27,619 bases of DNA, from positions 1-27,619 of the IMG/VR virus record IMGVR_UViG_3300031804_000012, one strand, 5' to 3'. The notes under the pieces were generated by a model. It was given only the letters and a program-made list of their open reading frames with translations, did not search any database and was not told the DNA's origin. Positions 9,136-17,308 of the stretch are shown piece after piece. Each line of letters begins with the position of its first letter. Position 1 is the stretch's first letter. Source of the stretch: a virus. Lineage: Duplodnaviria > Caudoviricetes. Made by a program: the position numbers and the translations under genes.

Positions 9136-9324
9136 ATGGCAGAGTGCTTTTGTGATATTAATGCGTATGCATTAAAGGGTTTGTGTGAATGCGAAGAGAC
9201 TTGTACATGTGACTGTGAGGTATGTCAGTGTGCTATCATTGATTTATGGTCAGTAGATTTAGTGTCAGCTTGCCCGTGTGGTGGTAATTGTAGTTGTGAA
9301 AAGGCTCTTGATGAAGTTCAATAG
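9136..9324 (+). CDS. cysteine-rich metallothionein-like peptide
   Basis: 13 Cys in 62 aa, mostly CxC; SD AAGGAG. Confidence 0.7.
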   Translation: MAECFCDINAYALKGLCECEETCTCDCEVCQCAIIDLWSVDLVSACPCGGNCSCEKALDEVQ

Positions 9325-9616
9325 AATCTTACTTATTAAAGGGCTGTCCGCAGGAATGGAACTCCTTAGTTTCTTTGTAAAAAAAGATGTATCTAAACAT
9401 ACTATACCTATTATAGCTGTGGTGGATGCGGGAAAAAATGCGGGAATAACTGTCTTAGCAACTATAGACGCCTTTAAAGATCGTAAGTTAAGTCCTGAAG
9501 AAGCCTTAGAATTATCTGAACATTTAACAGTTAATAAAAGAACTTTAGATAACGCCTTAACCTATCTTATTAGAGATCTTAGAGACTACGCCATTGACCA
9601 AACAAAGGGGGGCTAA
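9311..9616 (+). CDS. hypothetical protein (D.K.S.EE helical hairpin motif)
   Basis: ATG 9311 overlaps the previous stop; AFKDRKLSPEE motif. Confidence 0.65.
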   Translation: MKFNRILLIKGLSAGMELLSFFVKKDVSKHTIPIIAVVDAGKNAGITVLATIDAFKDRKLSPEEALELSEHLTVNKRTLDNALTYLIRDLRDYAIDQTKGG

Positions 9617-9621
9617 TATAG

Positions 9622-9813
9622 ATGCTTGAAAGATTTACCCATCTTATCATTAGGTTAAAAGAAATCCTTCTTAGGACAGATGAAGCCTCAGCTGGGAATG
9701 CGGCAGAGATAACATCTTTAACTGCTGAAGTCTTTACCTTACGGAAAGACCAAGCTGATACCTTGAAAGCCCTAGATGAATTAGAAGGGGTTATTAAAAA
9801 ATGGGAATCGTAG
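9622..9813 (+). CDS. small coiled-coil protein
   Basis: 63 aa, SD-like AAGGGGG. Confidence 0.65.
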   Translation: MLERFTHLIIRLKEILLRTDEASAGNAAEITSLTAEVFTLRKDQADTLKALDELEGVIKKWES

Positions 9814-10268
9814 TCAATAGAGTAAAAGATTTAATCAATACCTTAACTCCACCTAAATTGGCAGAAGAGTATACTGAACTAAGTAGCAATGAGGTATTCA
9901 ATGCATTACTTAGTAAACAGATAATTAATGTAGGGATGGTACGAAAGACCTTAGACGCTAAGTATTGGGCATGTGGTAGGTTGGATTTTCATGCCATTGT
10001 TACTTGGGATTGGACAGACGAAAAAAAGTATATAGCAGAAAAATATGACTGTGATAATTTTGCCTTTTCCTTTAAGGCTAGGATGGATAGAAAATTTCAT
10101 TTGAATAATGTGGGTTTGGTCATTGACTATTCAGGTGGACACGCTTATAATTGTGTTGTATTTGCCGATGGAACGGCAGAGTTGTTTGAGCCACAAACAG
10201 ATAAGTTTGTAACTAGTAAGATAGGGTCAGGCAAATATATTTGTAAGGATGGTTTAATAATACTGTAA
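9801..10268 (+). CDS. papain/transglutaminase-like cysteine protease (agglutinin MOA C-terminal-like)
   Basis: YDCDNFA...GHAYN...FEPQTD putative Cys-His-Glu catalytic motifs. Confidence 0.75.
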   Translation: MGIVVNRVKDLINTLTPPKLAEEYTELSSNEVFNALLSKQIINVGMVRKTLDAKYWACGRLDFHAIVTWDWTDEKKYIAEKYDCDNFAFSFKARMDRKFHLNNVGLVIDYSGGHAYNCVVFADGTAELFEPQTDKFVTSKIGSGKYICKDGLIIL

Positions 10269-10495
10269 TGGCTAATATACATGAAGACCACTATATAGAA
10301 TTGTTGGAAGCAGTTAAGCCCTTTTTCCCTAATGACCCCATTAAAGCTCACGCTGTAGTTACTGAAAAAATTGGCCCTATATTTAATGATGTATTATTAC
10401 AGTTAATCTGGAAACAGTTAGAATTAGAGAGCGGGTCAGCCTGGATAACAACTGTGCCTTATGAAGTTTTCTTACAACGGTTTAATATGAATTAA
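10268..10495 (+). CDS. hypothetical protein
   Basis: 75 aa, TAATG coupling. Confidence 0.65.
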   Translation: MANIHEDHYIELLEAVKPFFPNDPIKAHAVVTEKIGPIFNDVLLQLIWKQLELESGSAWITTVPYEVFLQRFNMN

Positions 10496-10545
10496 GAACT
10501 CTCTCGTAATCCAAGGGAGTAAGGGGGTGATCCATTCTCACCTAA

Positions 10546-10572
10546 GGGGGGCATCTGAAAATGATGCCCCCC
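10546..10572 (+). terminator. GC-rich hairpin (terminator/processing stem), last of three tandem hairpins
   Basis: Perfect 10-bp stem GGGGGGCATC/GATGCCCCCC; no clear U-tract. Confidence 0.45.
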
Positions 10573-10577
10573 ACCAC

Positions 10578-10606
10578 TTGACAGGCCGTTTTCAATGTGA
10601 GATGAT
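10578..10606 (+). promoter_or_regulatory. possible sigma70 promoter
   Basis: TTGACA-17 bp-TGA.GATGAT; weak -10. Confidence 0.45.
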
Positions 10607-10633
10607 TGAAGAAATAAATTTGGAGAGGTGAAC

Positions 10634-10708
10634 ATGGAAGTAGACAACCCAGAAAAAGCTCTGTGGATATTTATAGTTTTTGGAATACTAGCAACTATTG
10701 TAATATGA
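10634..10708 (+). CDS. 24-aa single-TM peptide (not in ORF track)
   Basis: SD GGAGAGGTG; MEVDNPEKALWIFIVFGILATIVI; ATGA overlap with the next gene. Confidence 0.55.
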   Translation: MEVDNPEKALWIFIVFGILATIVI

Positions 10709-11004
10709 CTATGAATGATGATGACCACATATTGCCTGAATGGATTGCATTAGGTACTGAATTGCTGGATGGGTCAATGGTGACCGCTGCCTATGAAGAA
10801 GGTATGCGGTTACTCCAGACCCCTGGAGTAGACCCTGCTTTGTATATGCTCTTTTGTTCTTTGCCCCAAGGGTTTGAGTGTGCTACTAATAGACATCCTA
10901 CAGGTGTATGGTCAGTTACAGAGATAAGAAGTCTAATGCAATGTGCCTTTATGTTAGGTTCCTATGTAAAAAAGTCAATTGAGGATGTGGAAAAGTTATG
11001 GTAA
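10705..11004 (+). CDS. hypothetical protein
   Basis: Start refined to ATG 10705 by coupling. Confidence 0.65.
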   Translation: MTMNDDDHILPEWIALGTELLDGSMVTAAYEEGMRLLQTPGVDPALYMLFCSLPQGFECATNRHPTGVWSVTEIRSLMQCAFMLGSYVKKSIEDVEKLW

Positions 11005-11180
11005 TGTCGTATTTAGTTACGTCTAACGCAGAATACCACGGAAGAATTAATGATGTTGAGGAGAAGATTAATAAAATGGTGGAGAAATTAGAGCTTTTAG
11101 AGTATAATATTAATATACTCTCTACCGCTTTGAACAAAGAATTTGATAATATTTCTGATATGGTGAGATCTTTGAAATAG
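10998..11180 (+). CDS. small coiled-coil protein
   Basis: 60 aa, coupled to the previous gene. Confidence 0.6.
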   Translation: MVMSYLVTSNAEYHGRINDVEEKINKMVEKLELLEYNINILSTALNKEFDNISDMVRSLK

Positions 11181-11196
11181 TTTAGGAGGGATAAGT

Positions 11197-12021
11197 ATGG
11201 GTTTATCACAAATAGAAATTCACGAAAAAGTTTTATACCCAGTTACTAAAGTACTGGCAGGAAATTCGGGGGGAAGCGGCGTCTTGGTGTACAGTAAAGA
11301 AGACCCCACTAATCCAGGTAATTATATTAATATTGCCCTTACTTGTCAGCATGTGATTGATGGTGCAATCAAGGTTGCTGAACAATGGGATGCAGTCTTA
11401 AAGAAAGATGTAAAAACTGATGTCTTAGAAGAAGTCCGTATTGAAGTTTTTGATTATGATAAAAGCAAAGTAGTATCCGCTAACTCCACTTCGGCACAAA
11501 TCATTGCTTATGACAAACACCATGACCTAGCCGCTGTTAAATTAAATAACACTAGACCTATGGCATATGTAGCCAGTATTATTCCTAAAGAGGAAATAGC
11601 AGACCTACAAGTAGCTGATTCTATTTGGGTTAGTGGGTGCTCCCTCTTACATGATCCCTTCCCCAGTCCAGGGAATCTTACTTATCTACGAGAAATCATA
11701 GACCAAAAAGCATACCTGATGCAAAATGCCCCTAGTATATTTGGTAATAGTGGTGGGGGTTTATTCCATGATACGTCTGGCCATTTGTTAGGACTTACCA
11801 GTAGGATTACATCTACGCAATTAGGCTTTGGGATTGATATTATGACATGGATGGGGTTCAGTACTCACCCAGATAGACTCTATGAATTCTTTGAACACCA
11901 AGAACTACAATTCTTGTACGATGATACCGATACTTATTATGAAGGGAAAGCTCGTAGAGAAAGTCGTAGGCATGAAGCTTTACGAAATCTCCTATTTGAA
12001 TCTACGGGAGAAAAACTATAG
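11197..12021 (+). CDS. trypsin-like serine protease
   Basis: Catalytic triad motifs LTCQHV, HDLAAVKL, GNSGGGLF; SD AGGAGG; no signal peptide. Confidence 0.9.
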   Translation: MGLSQIEIHEKVLYPVTKVLAGNSGGSGVLVYSKEDPTNPGNYINIALTCQHVIDGAIKVAEQWDAVLKKDVKTDVLEEVRIEVFDYDKSKVVSANSTSAQIIAYDKHHDLAAVKLNNTRPMAYVASIIPKEEIADLQVADSIWVSGCSLLHDPFPSPGNLTYLREIIDQKAYLMQNAPSIFGNSGGGLFHDTSGHLLGLTSRITSTQLGFGIDIMTWMGFSTHPDRLYEFFEHQELQFLYDDTDTYYEGKARRESRRHEALRNLLFESTGEKL

Positions 12022-12066
12022 TGGAGATAGACATATTTTTTGGGGAACTTGTTAGCAGGGGTTGAC

Positions 12067-12249
12067 ATGTTGGTGAAATTTGGTTATTGTATTATTTGTG
12101 ACAACGGGCCAGATAAAGAAAATAGACATTGGGTGGAAGATTTGATCAAAGTAAACATGCTCGTTACCCCTAGTATAAAAAATTGTACTAATTGTAAGAC
12201 TGAGGTTCCAAACAAAAATTTATTGTGGCTAGAAGTTGAAGTTATTTGA
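12067..12249 (+). CDS. small CxxC...CxxC protein
   Basis: CIIC...CTNC. Confidence 0.5.
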   Translation: MLVKFGYCIICDNGPDKENRHWVEDLIKVNMLVTPSIKNCTNCKTEVPNKNLLWLEVEVI

Positions 12250-12262
12250 TTAGGGTAGTGAT

Positions 12263-12433
12263 ATGAATAAATGGGAACATAGAGAAAACAAATTAGAGAA
12301 AAAAAAGAAGAAGACTTTTCCTTTTTTAAAAGATGCTGTCCCTACAGACAAATCTAAACGGAAGGAGATTGAACAAGCTAGAAGGGATAAAGAAGCTATT
12401 TGGGATAACCTGGATTCAGAGGGGGATGAATGA
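12263..12433 (+). CDS. 56-aa charged protein (not in ORF track)
   Basis: MNKWEHRENKLEKKKKK...LDSEGDE; ATGA overlap with the next gene. Confidence 0.6.
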   Translation: MNKWEHRENKLEKKKKKTFPFLKDAVPTDKSKRKEIEQARRDKEAIWDNLDSEGDE

Positions 12434-12921
12434 ATATAAACAGTGATTCCTTTGAGTGCGAACACGAAGAAGGTGAAGAAGAAGAGCTTAAAGTCTTACA
12501 TCTAACTAGAGATGAAGTGTTATACATAGATGATAGACTAACTATGATGATTGAAAGAGAGGGGAGGTCAGAAAGTTTTACAACCGTGACTCCTCTGTTA
12601 GCTATGCCTGGACTACCCTCTCCCGTAGATTTTTTAGATAAGGTAGGGATGGCAGTTTTAGAAGCTACTGAAGAAGATTATAAAAGTGGTACTCTGTTGG
12701 CACTTTCAGTAACAGCTACGGATTTATATATGTTACGGGAACTTGCGAAAAGTGCCCTTAAACTAAATGGAAAGTTTGCGGGACTCTCTTTAAAGAGAAA
12801 GATCTACAAGCTATTATATGAAGAAGAATATAAAACAGACCGCATTTTTAAAAGGTTGGTAGCAGAGGTTAATTTAGAAAGTGCACCATCTAAATTAGAT
12901 TGGAGTGGGGAGTCAGGGTAG
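12430..12921 (+). CDS. hypothetical protein
   Basis: 163 aa, coupled start. Confidence 0.75.
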   Translation: MNINSDSFECEHEEGEEEELKVLHLTRDEVLYIDDRLTMMIEREGRSESFTTVTPLLAMPGLPSPVDFLDKVGMAVLEATEEDYKSGTLLALSVTATDLYMLRELAKSALKLNGKFAGLSLKRKIYKLLYEEEYKTDRIFKRLVAEVNLESAPSKLDWSGESG

Positions 12922-13031
12922 CCTAGCTTAATATCAATCCCACCCTTTAATATTAAGGTTGAACTGGGTTGCTCTGGCTTCTCCCTAAATGGGTTCCTCT
13001 TTGGGAACCCATTAACTTTTAGGGAGGAAGT

Positions 13032-13238
13032 ATGTTAGAACTTATGGTAGCGGGTTTATTATTAATAATCTCTATATCTTTAGTTATCATTAATTGGAAG
13101 ATCTATCTAGTTACAGTAGATATGTTGGCAGTCACAATAAACATTCATACAAAAACCCTTGATTTATTCAAGTATACAAAGAAAACTTATGAAGTGTTGG
13201 GGGGCGACGATGGGGTTGACAAAAATTTCGGCGGATGA
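13032..13238 (+). CDS. N-terminal TM membrane protein
   Basis: SD GGGAGG; MLELMVAGLLLIISISLVII. Confidence 0.65.
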   Translation: MLELMVAGLLLIISISLVIINWKIYLVTVDMLAVTINIHTKTLDLFKYTKKTYEVLGGDDGVDKNFGG

Positions 13239-13244
13239 TATGCT
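13216..13244 (+). promoter_or_regulatory. early promoter repeat, copy 1
   Basis: TTGACA-17-TATGCT, extended TG. Confidence 0.75.
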
Positions 13245-13281
13245 CATTTCAAACACAAAAATTTCTGAACGGGGGTAACTT

Positions 13282-13512
13282 ATGGGAGTATATGCAGTTA
13301 GTTCACAATATATTTGTTCAGGGGAACCATATGAAATCAAGGCTACAGTAGTAGCTCAGAATCAGGTTAGTGCTCAGCCTCAGTTAGATTGGTTGGTACA
13401 ACATGCATCTTGTATGTGTAAAGATTGTATCATTAAGTATGCAATAGATTACCATATTAATCTAACATTACCTAGTGGAATGCCTCCCTATAATATGTGT
13501 ATAAAGAAATAA
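13282..13512 (+). CDS. hypothetical protein
   Basis: 76 aa after promoter copy 1. Confidence 0.6.
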   Translation: MGVYAVSSQYICSGEPYEIKATVVAQNQVSAQPQLDWLVQHASCMCKDCIIKYAIDYHINLTLPSGMPPYNMCIKK

Positions 13513-13513
13513 T

Positions 13514-13882
13514 ATGGAGACTCTAAAGGATGTAAGAATAGCCTTGAACCAAAAGGAAGAAGATAAGAAAATAGACCAAAATAGATTAAGGGCAAACATA
13601 CATAAGTTTTTAGAGTGTACAGAAGACCAGACGTTTGAAATCATTGACATATTGCTTGCTGATATTAAGTTATTTGATCAGAAGCAAAGAGACTATGGTA
13701 AACTAAACATTGCTAAATTTGGTCAGGTAGGTGTTCTAGTTAGAGTAAGCGATAAGGTGGAGAGGTTGACAAACCTAATTCAATCTGCTAGAGTGCCTAA
13801 CAACGAGTCTGTTGAGGATTCTTGGCAGGACTTATCAATCTATGGAGCTATCGCAAGAGTCATAAATAAAGGCTCTTGGTAG
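13514..13882 (+). CDS. DUF1599 / nucleotide-modification-associated domain 1 protein
   Basis: KQRDYG..NI...G..GVLVRVSDKVERL...ESVEDSWQDLSIYG signature. Confidence 0.8.
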   Translation: METLKDVRIALNQKEEDKKIDQNRLRANIHKFLECTEDQTFEIIDILLADIKLFDQKQRDYGKLNIAKFGQVGVLVRVSDKVERLTNLIQSARVPNNESVEDSWQDLSIYGAIARVINKGSW

Positions 13883-13920
13883 TTACTCCGCAAAAGTAAC
13901 CTAATTTTAGGAGGAACAAT

Positions 13921-14196
13921 TTGAAGACTAAGGAAATGAAAAGTAAAAACGATACAAATAGTCAAGTATATTTGGCAAAGGCAAGGCAAGCAGCGTACAA
14001 GTTGGCCCAACAGAAAGGGTTCATTACTTCTGACGATGTTGTTAATGTGGTCGGGATGCCTCAGTCCCCGTCTTTAGTTGGCTCTATCTTCAAGGGGAAT
14101 GGATTTGTTAGGGTTGGTTACACGCCCTCTACTCGGAACTCTACTCACGGTAGGGAAATTGGGGTATGGCGTTTAAAGTCTAAGCTTCTCGGTTAA
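13921..14196 (+). CDS. small phage winged-helix-like protein
   Basis: ITSDDV...GSIF...VGYTPSTR.STHGR.I.VW motif; SD AGGAGG, TTG start. Confidence 0.75.
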   Translation: MKTKEMKSKNDTNSQVYLAKARQAAYKLAQQKGFITSDDVVNVVGMPQSPSLVGSIFKGNGFVRVGYTPSTRNSTHGREIGVWRLKSKLLG

Positions 14197-14209
14197 GTTT
14201 AGCTTCCTG

Positions 14210-14250
14210 TAAACCGTTCCCCAGTTTTGCGGAGGCTAGGGAACGGTTTA
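14210..14250 (+). terminator. hairpin terminator
   Basis: Perfect 12-bp stem TAAACCGTTCCC/GGGAACGGTTTA, T-rich tail. Confidence 0.6.
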
Positions 14251-14270
14251 TTATTATGTTAAGGGGTAGG

Positions 14271-15059
14271 ATGAAGTACAACTTTATAATTCAGGAACTA
14301 GGTATATATGAAGCAGTTGAGTTTATTCAAGCTAGGCATTATTCTAAAGTAATGCCAAGGTTGACAAAGCATTACTTGGGAATTTATAATGACGAAGAGT
14401 TGGCTGGAGTCCTTACACTAGGATGGGGAACACAACCATACAATACCATCCATAAATTATTCCCTACTTTAGCTAGTAAGGATTATTATGAGATAGGGAA
14501 GATGTGTATGGATGATTCATACCCCAGGAATTCTGAAACCCAGATGTTATCTCAAGTCTGTAAATGGATAAAGTACAATCTACCAGAGAAACAGTTCTTG
14601 TATACATGGGCTGATGGAATCGTGGGAAAGGTTGGATATGTGTACCAAGCCTTTAACTTCTTATATGGTGGATACATATGGACTGATATTTATATTGGGG
14701 CAGATGGAGAGAAGATACATCCTAGGTCAACTAGAACATTACTTAGAGAGAACGAGGAATGGGAAGGGAAAGAAAAGTTATTCTGGTTGACCCATGCCTT
14801 TACAGAGTACAAGGGAATACAAAGAATAAAGGGGAAACAGTTTAGGTATATATTACCGCTAACTAAAGGGGCAAAAAAGTTACTACATGAATCTACTGTT
14901 ACATGGAATAAAGCCTACCCAAAGGAAGACTCCCTCAAGTGGAGGATACGAACAGGGATTAGACAGTACAAAGATCTTACGGGTATACCATCATTTAATT
15001 TGGAGGTTGTTAATATTAACAAACAGAATGTAGAGTCACATAGTGGAGGTAGTGTATAA
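14271..15059 (+). CDS. Mom-family (GNAT-fold) DNA adenine-modification enzyme
   Basis: RHYS...LAGVLTLG...EIGKMC...NSETQMLS...TWADG..GKVGYVYQAFNFLYGG; start could be 14256. Confidence 0.8.
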   Translation: MKYNFIIQELGIYEAVEFIQARHYSKVMPRLTKHYLGIYNDEELAGVLTLGWGTQPYNTIHKLFPTLASKDYYEIGKMCMDDSYPRNSETQMLSQVCKWIKYNLPEKQFLYTWADGIVGKVGYVYQAFNFLYGGYIWTDIYIGADGEKIHPRSTRTLLRENEEWEGKEKLFWLTHAFTEYKGIQRIKGKQFRYILPLTKGAKKLLHESTVTWNKAYPKEDSLKWRIRTGIRQYKDLTGIPSFNLEVVNINKQNVESHSGGSV

Positions 15060-15412
15060 TGAATACTGATGAGGGAATACAATTACATTTATTTGAGATG
15101 GATAAATCTTTAGACACTGTAGATGAGACGTTAATTATTTTCAGTGCAGAGATTAAATCTCATCTGGAATATGTTTCCATGCCCTTGCTTGGGAATACAG
15201 ATGTTAAATATTATATATCAGCATTGGGTGGGTATGGGGGAATAAGGAATCCCAAATGGTTAGTAGTTAGTAAACATGGGAAGGACATTTCAGACCCACT
15301 AATCTTTCCTTCCATGTCTGAAGCTATGATACATATCGAAAATCTTACGGGTAAAACCCTTAAGTTTAGGGCAGACCCACCAAAAGTTTCTGACCCGAAT
15401 GTGTGGGGTTGA
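15059..15412 (+). CDS. hypothetical protein
   Basis: 117 aa; its stop is the TGA of the downstream TTGACA. Confidence 0.7.
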   Translation: MNTDEGIQLHLFEMDKSLDTVDETLIIFSAEIKSHLEYVSMPLLGNTDVKYYISALGGYGGIRNPKWLVVSKHGKDISDPLIFPSMSEAMIHIENLTGKTLKFRADPPKVSDPNVWG

Positions 15413-15437
15413 CAAAAATTTTTTGCTGATATAAACT
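15409..15437 (+). promoter_or_regulatory. early promoter repeat, copy 2
   Basis: TTGACA-17-TAAACT. Confidence 0.8.
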
Positions 15438-15478
15438 GACAGAAGTCGGGCCACGACAAATCAAGGAGAGGTGTCTAG

Positions 15479-15709
15479 ATGGAGATTCAGAATAGCGTAG
15501 AGGATTTGATTTCTACCCTGCAAGATGCAGTAAATGATGGAAGGACTTATATAGATAAGCTTCAAGAAAGGATGGATGAAATAGAAAGTGTGAAGGATGA
15601 TTTGGAGACTTATGTTGGTACAACCGAAGATGTTCTAGCAGCCCTAGAGGGTATGGGTGGGGTAGATTTAGAGAGTGCTTTAGAGAATGCTACTAACCTA
15701 GTGGACTAG
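15479..15709 (+). CDS. acidic coiled-coil protein
   Basis: 76 aa, SD GGAGAGG. Confidence 0.75.
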   Translation: MEIQNSVEDLISTLQDAVNDGRTYIDKLQERMDEIESVKDDLETYVGTTEDVLAALEGMGGVDLESALENATNLVD

Positions 15710-15731
15710 GAAGAAGAAGGGGATAGTAACT

Positions 15732-16073
15732 ATGGAAGTGGAAGTATACAGAAATCTACATAAGAATTGTTGGTCTGTACGAAACCATAAAACTGGTAGG
15801 GTTATAGCTCATGTCAATACTATCCATTTGGAAAATACTATATTAGTAGTTAGACCAGCCGGGCAAGAAAAGGTATTGAGAGAGAATCGTAAAAATGTCC
15901 ATGCCTTTATAAAGGGTACTCCCTCTACATGCAATCAGGTACACTTAGCTCAAGTATCTTATAATCCATATAGATATACTTCATTTGTAATACAGCATAC
16001 AGAAGAACGTATTACTAATGCCAAGCATATCTATTTTAACAATCAAGGGAAAGTCTTTATGGGAGAAGGGTAG
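15732..16073 (+). CDS. conserved phage protein (VYRNLH...RKNVHAF..G family)
   Basis: Recognisable motif of a widespread phage hypothetical family. Confidence 0.8.
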   Translation: MEVEVYRNLHKNCWSVRNHKTGRVIAHVNTIHLENTILVVRPAGQEKVLRENRKNVHAFIKGTPSTCNQVHLAQVSYNPYRYTSFVIQHTEERITNAKHIYFNNQGKVFMGEG

Positions 16074-16258
16074 TGCCAAAACAAAAGAAGATTCACGATA
16101 AAGAACAGACCTTAAATATTTGTACATGTGGTATTGAGGCCCAAGACGATACATTTATTTGGGCTAACCTTGGTGGATATTTAGTATTGTTATGCTGGGA
16201 CTGTTCAGCGATATTACACAAGAAAACTATTGAGGAAGGTAAAGAATATTATGGTTAA
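16073..16258 (+). CDS. small Cys-containing protein
   Basis: CTC...CWDC; coupled GTG start. Confidence 0.6.
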   Translation: MPKQKKIHDKEQTLNICTCGIEAQDDTFIWANLGGYLVLLCWDCSAILHKKTIEEGKEYYG

Positions 16259-16469
16259 TCTAACCCTATTAACGTCACAAGAATATGTAGAGAAGCTAGG
16301 ATTAGCTTGCCCAAACTGCCAGAGCACTCAAGGAGTAGATGGGATAAGTGGTGTGCAAACAGATGATGGTATAGCGTGGCAAGAAATAGAATGTACCCTA
16401 TGTTCAGCTTGTTGGTTAGACAACTACACTCTAGTAGGCTATTCAGAATTAGAAGTGATGGGAGTATAA
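16251..16469 (+). CDS. zinc-ribbon protein
   Basis: EYV...G.ACPNC...AWQEIEC..C.A.W.D.Y.L.GY. Confidence 0.75.
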   Translation: MVNLTLLTSQEYVEKLGLACPNCQSTQGVDGISGVQTDDGIAWQEIECTLCSACWLDNYTLVGYSELEVMGV

Positions 16470-16658
16470 ATGAGTGCTGTAGAATCAAAAGACAATATTG
16501 TTGACGAACTAGTTGAACACATAGTAGATGGTATGGATATGAATACCTTAGTAGCATTTGTTAAAGATAACCTAATAGAATATTATATGTCTGATGCTGG
16601 TGCAGAAGATTTTGAAATTAACTACCAAGAAATGAAACACCTCATGGGGGATGAATAG
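16470..16658 (+). CDS. small acidic protein
   Basis: 62 aa, IVDGMDMNTL motif, SD GGGAG. Confidence 0.7.
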   Translation: MSAVESKDNIVDELVEHIVDGMDMNTLVAFVKDNLIEYYMSDAGAEDFEINYQEMKHLMGDE

Positions 16659-16829
16659 GTGGAAGAACAAGAAAAACAAATATGTCCTTATTGTGAGATG
16701 GAGATTATCTATAATAGCCCCGACGATTTTGACCCCGTATCGGTTGATGAAGAGGATAACTATTACCACGATGATTGCTTCTTTGATAAGTTTGGTTATG
16801 CTTGCGGAGAAGAAGGGGGTGAAGAATAG
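16659..16829 (+). CDS. 56-aa CxxC...HxxC zinc-finger protein (not in ORF track)
   Basis: MEEQEKQICPYC...YHDDC; fits exactly between flanking stop and start. Confidence 0.7.
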   Translation: MEEQEKQICPYCEMEIIYNSPDDFDPVSVDEEDNYYHDDCFFDKFGYACGEEGGEE

Positions 16830-17093
16830 GTGGATAAGCAAGATATGCTAGATACAATAGATAGTTTAATAGTATCTGTAGTATCAGCTATGGATGAAGA
16901 AGTAGAGGATTTGGTGGGGTGGGAGTTAAGTACAATGGACTATGCGTCTTTACAGGATTTCTTTTATGAAGAGAAAAGAATGTTTTACTTAGAGCATCCA
17001 GATGCTTTTGAGGATATGAAAATATATATGCAAGAGTGTATTGACCCATCAGTAGTTTTCTATCACGATGTAGAAAAGAAGGGGAATGAATAA
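16830..17093 (+). CDS. small acidic protein
   Basis: 87 aa, abutting neighbours. Confidence 0.7.
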   Translation: MDKQDMLDTIDSLIVSVVSAMDEEVEDLVGWELSTMDYASLQDFFYEEKRMFYLEHPDAFEDMKIYMQECIDPSVVFYHDVEKKGNE

Positions 17094-17300
17094 ATGGATA
17101 GTCTAACTCCAGCAGAGCTGCTAGCCATTGAAGAAGGTATTTGTATTCTATGTGGCTATGATGATGTAGAGTGCCTTGAAGATTGTACAGTTCATAAGTG
17201 TATAGGTTGTGGAATGGAACAAAAAGAAGAATACAAACCAAAACCATATCCTTATACACATCCTATCAGAACCATATACGGTGGGGTAAAGAATAACTGA
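17094..17300 (+). CDS. small Cys-rich protein
   Basis: CILC...C...C..H.CIGC. Confidence 0.65.
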   Translation: MDSLTPAELLAIEEGICILCGYDDVECLEDCTVHKCIGCGMEQKEEYKPKPYPYTHPIRTIYGGVKNN

Positions 17301-17308
17301 TTGCTAAT

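Noticed and set aside
12062-12090. TTGACA-17-TATTGT as another promoter repeat copy
   Set aside because: It lacks the A/T-tract spacer and leader of the family and overlaps the likely start of ORF 12067; ambiguous.
16651-16851. 66-aa ORF MNRWKNKK...
   Set aside because: Wrong frame; 16659..16829 fits exactly between neighbours and encodes a CxxC/HxxC motif.
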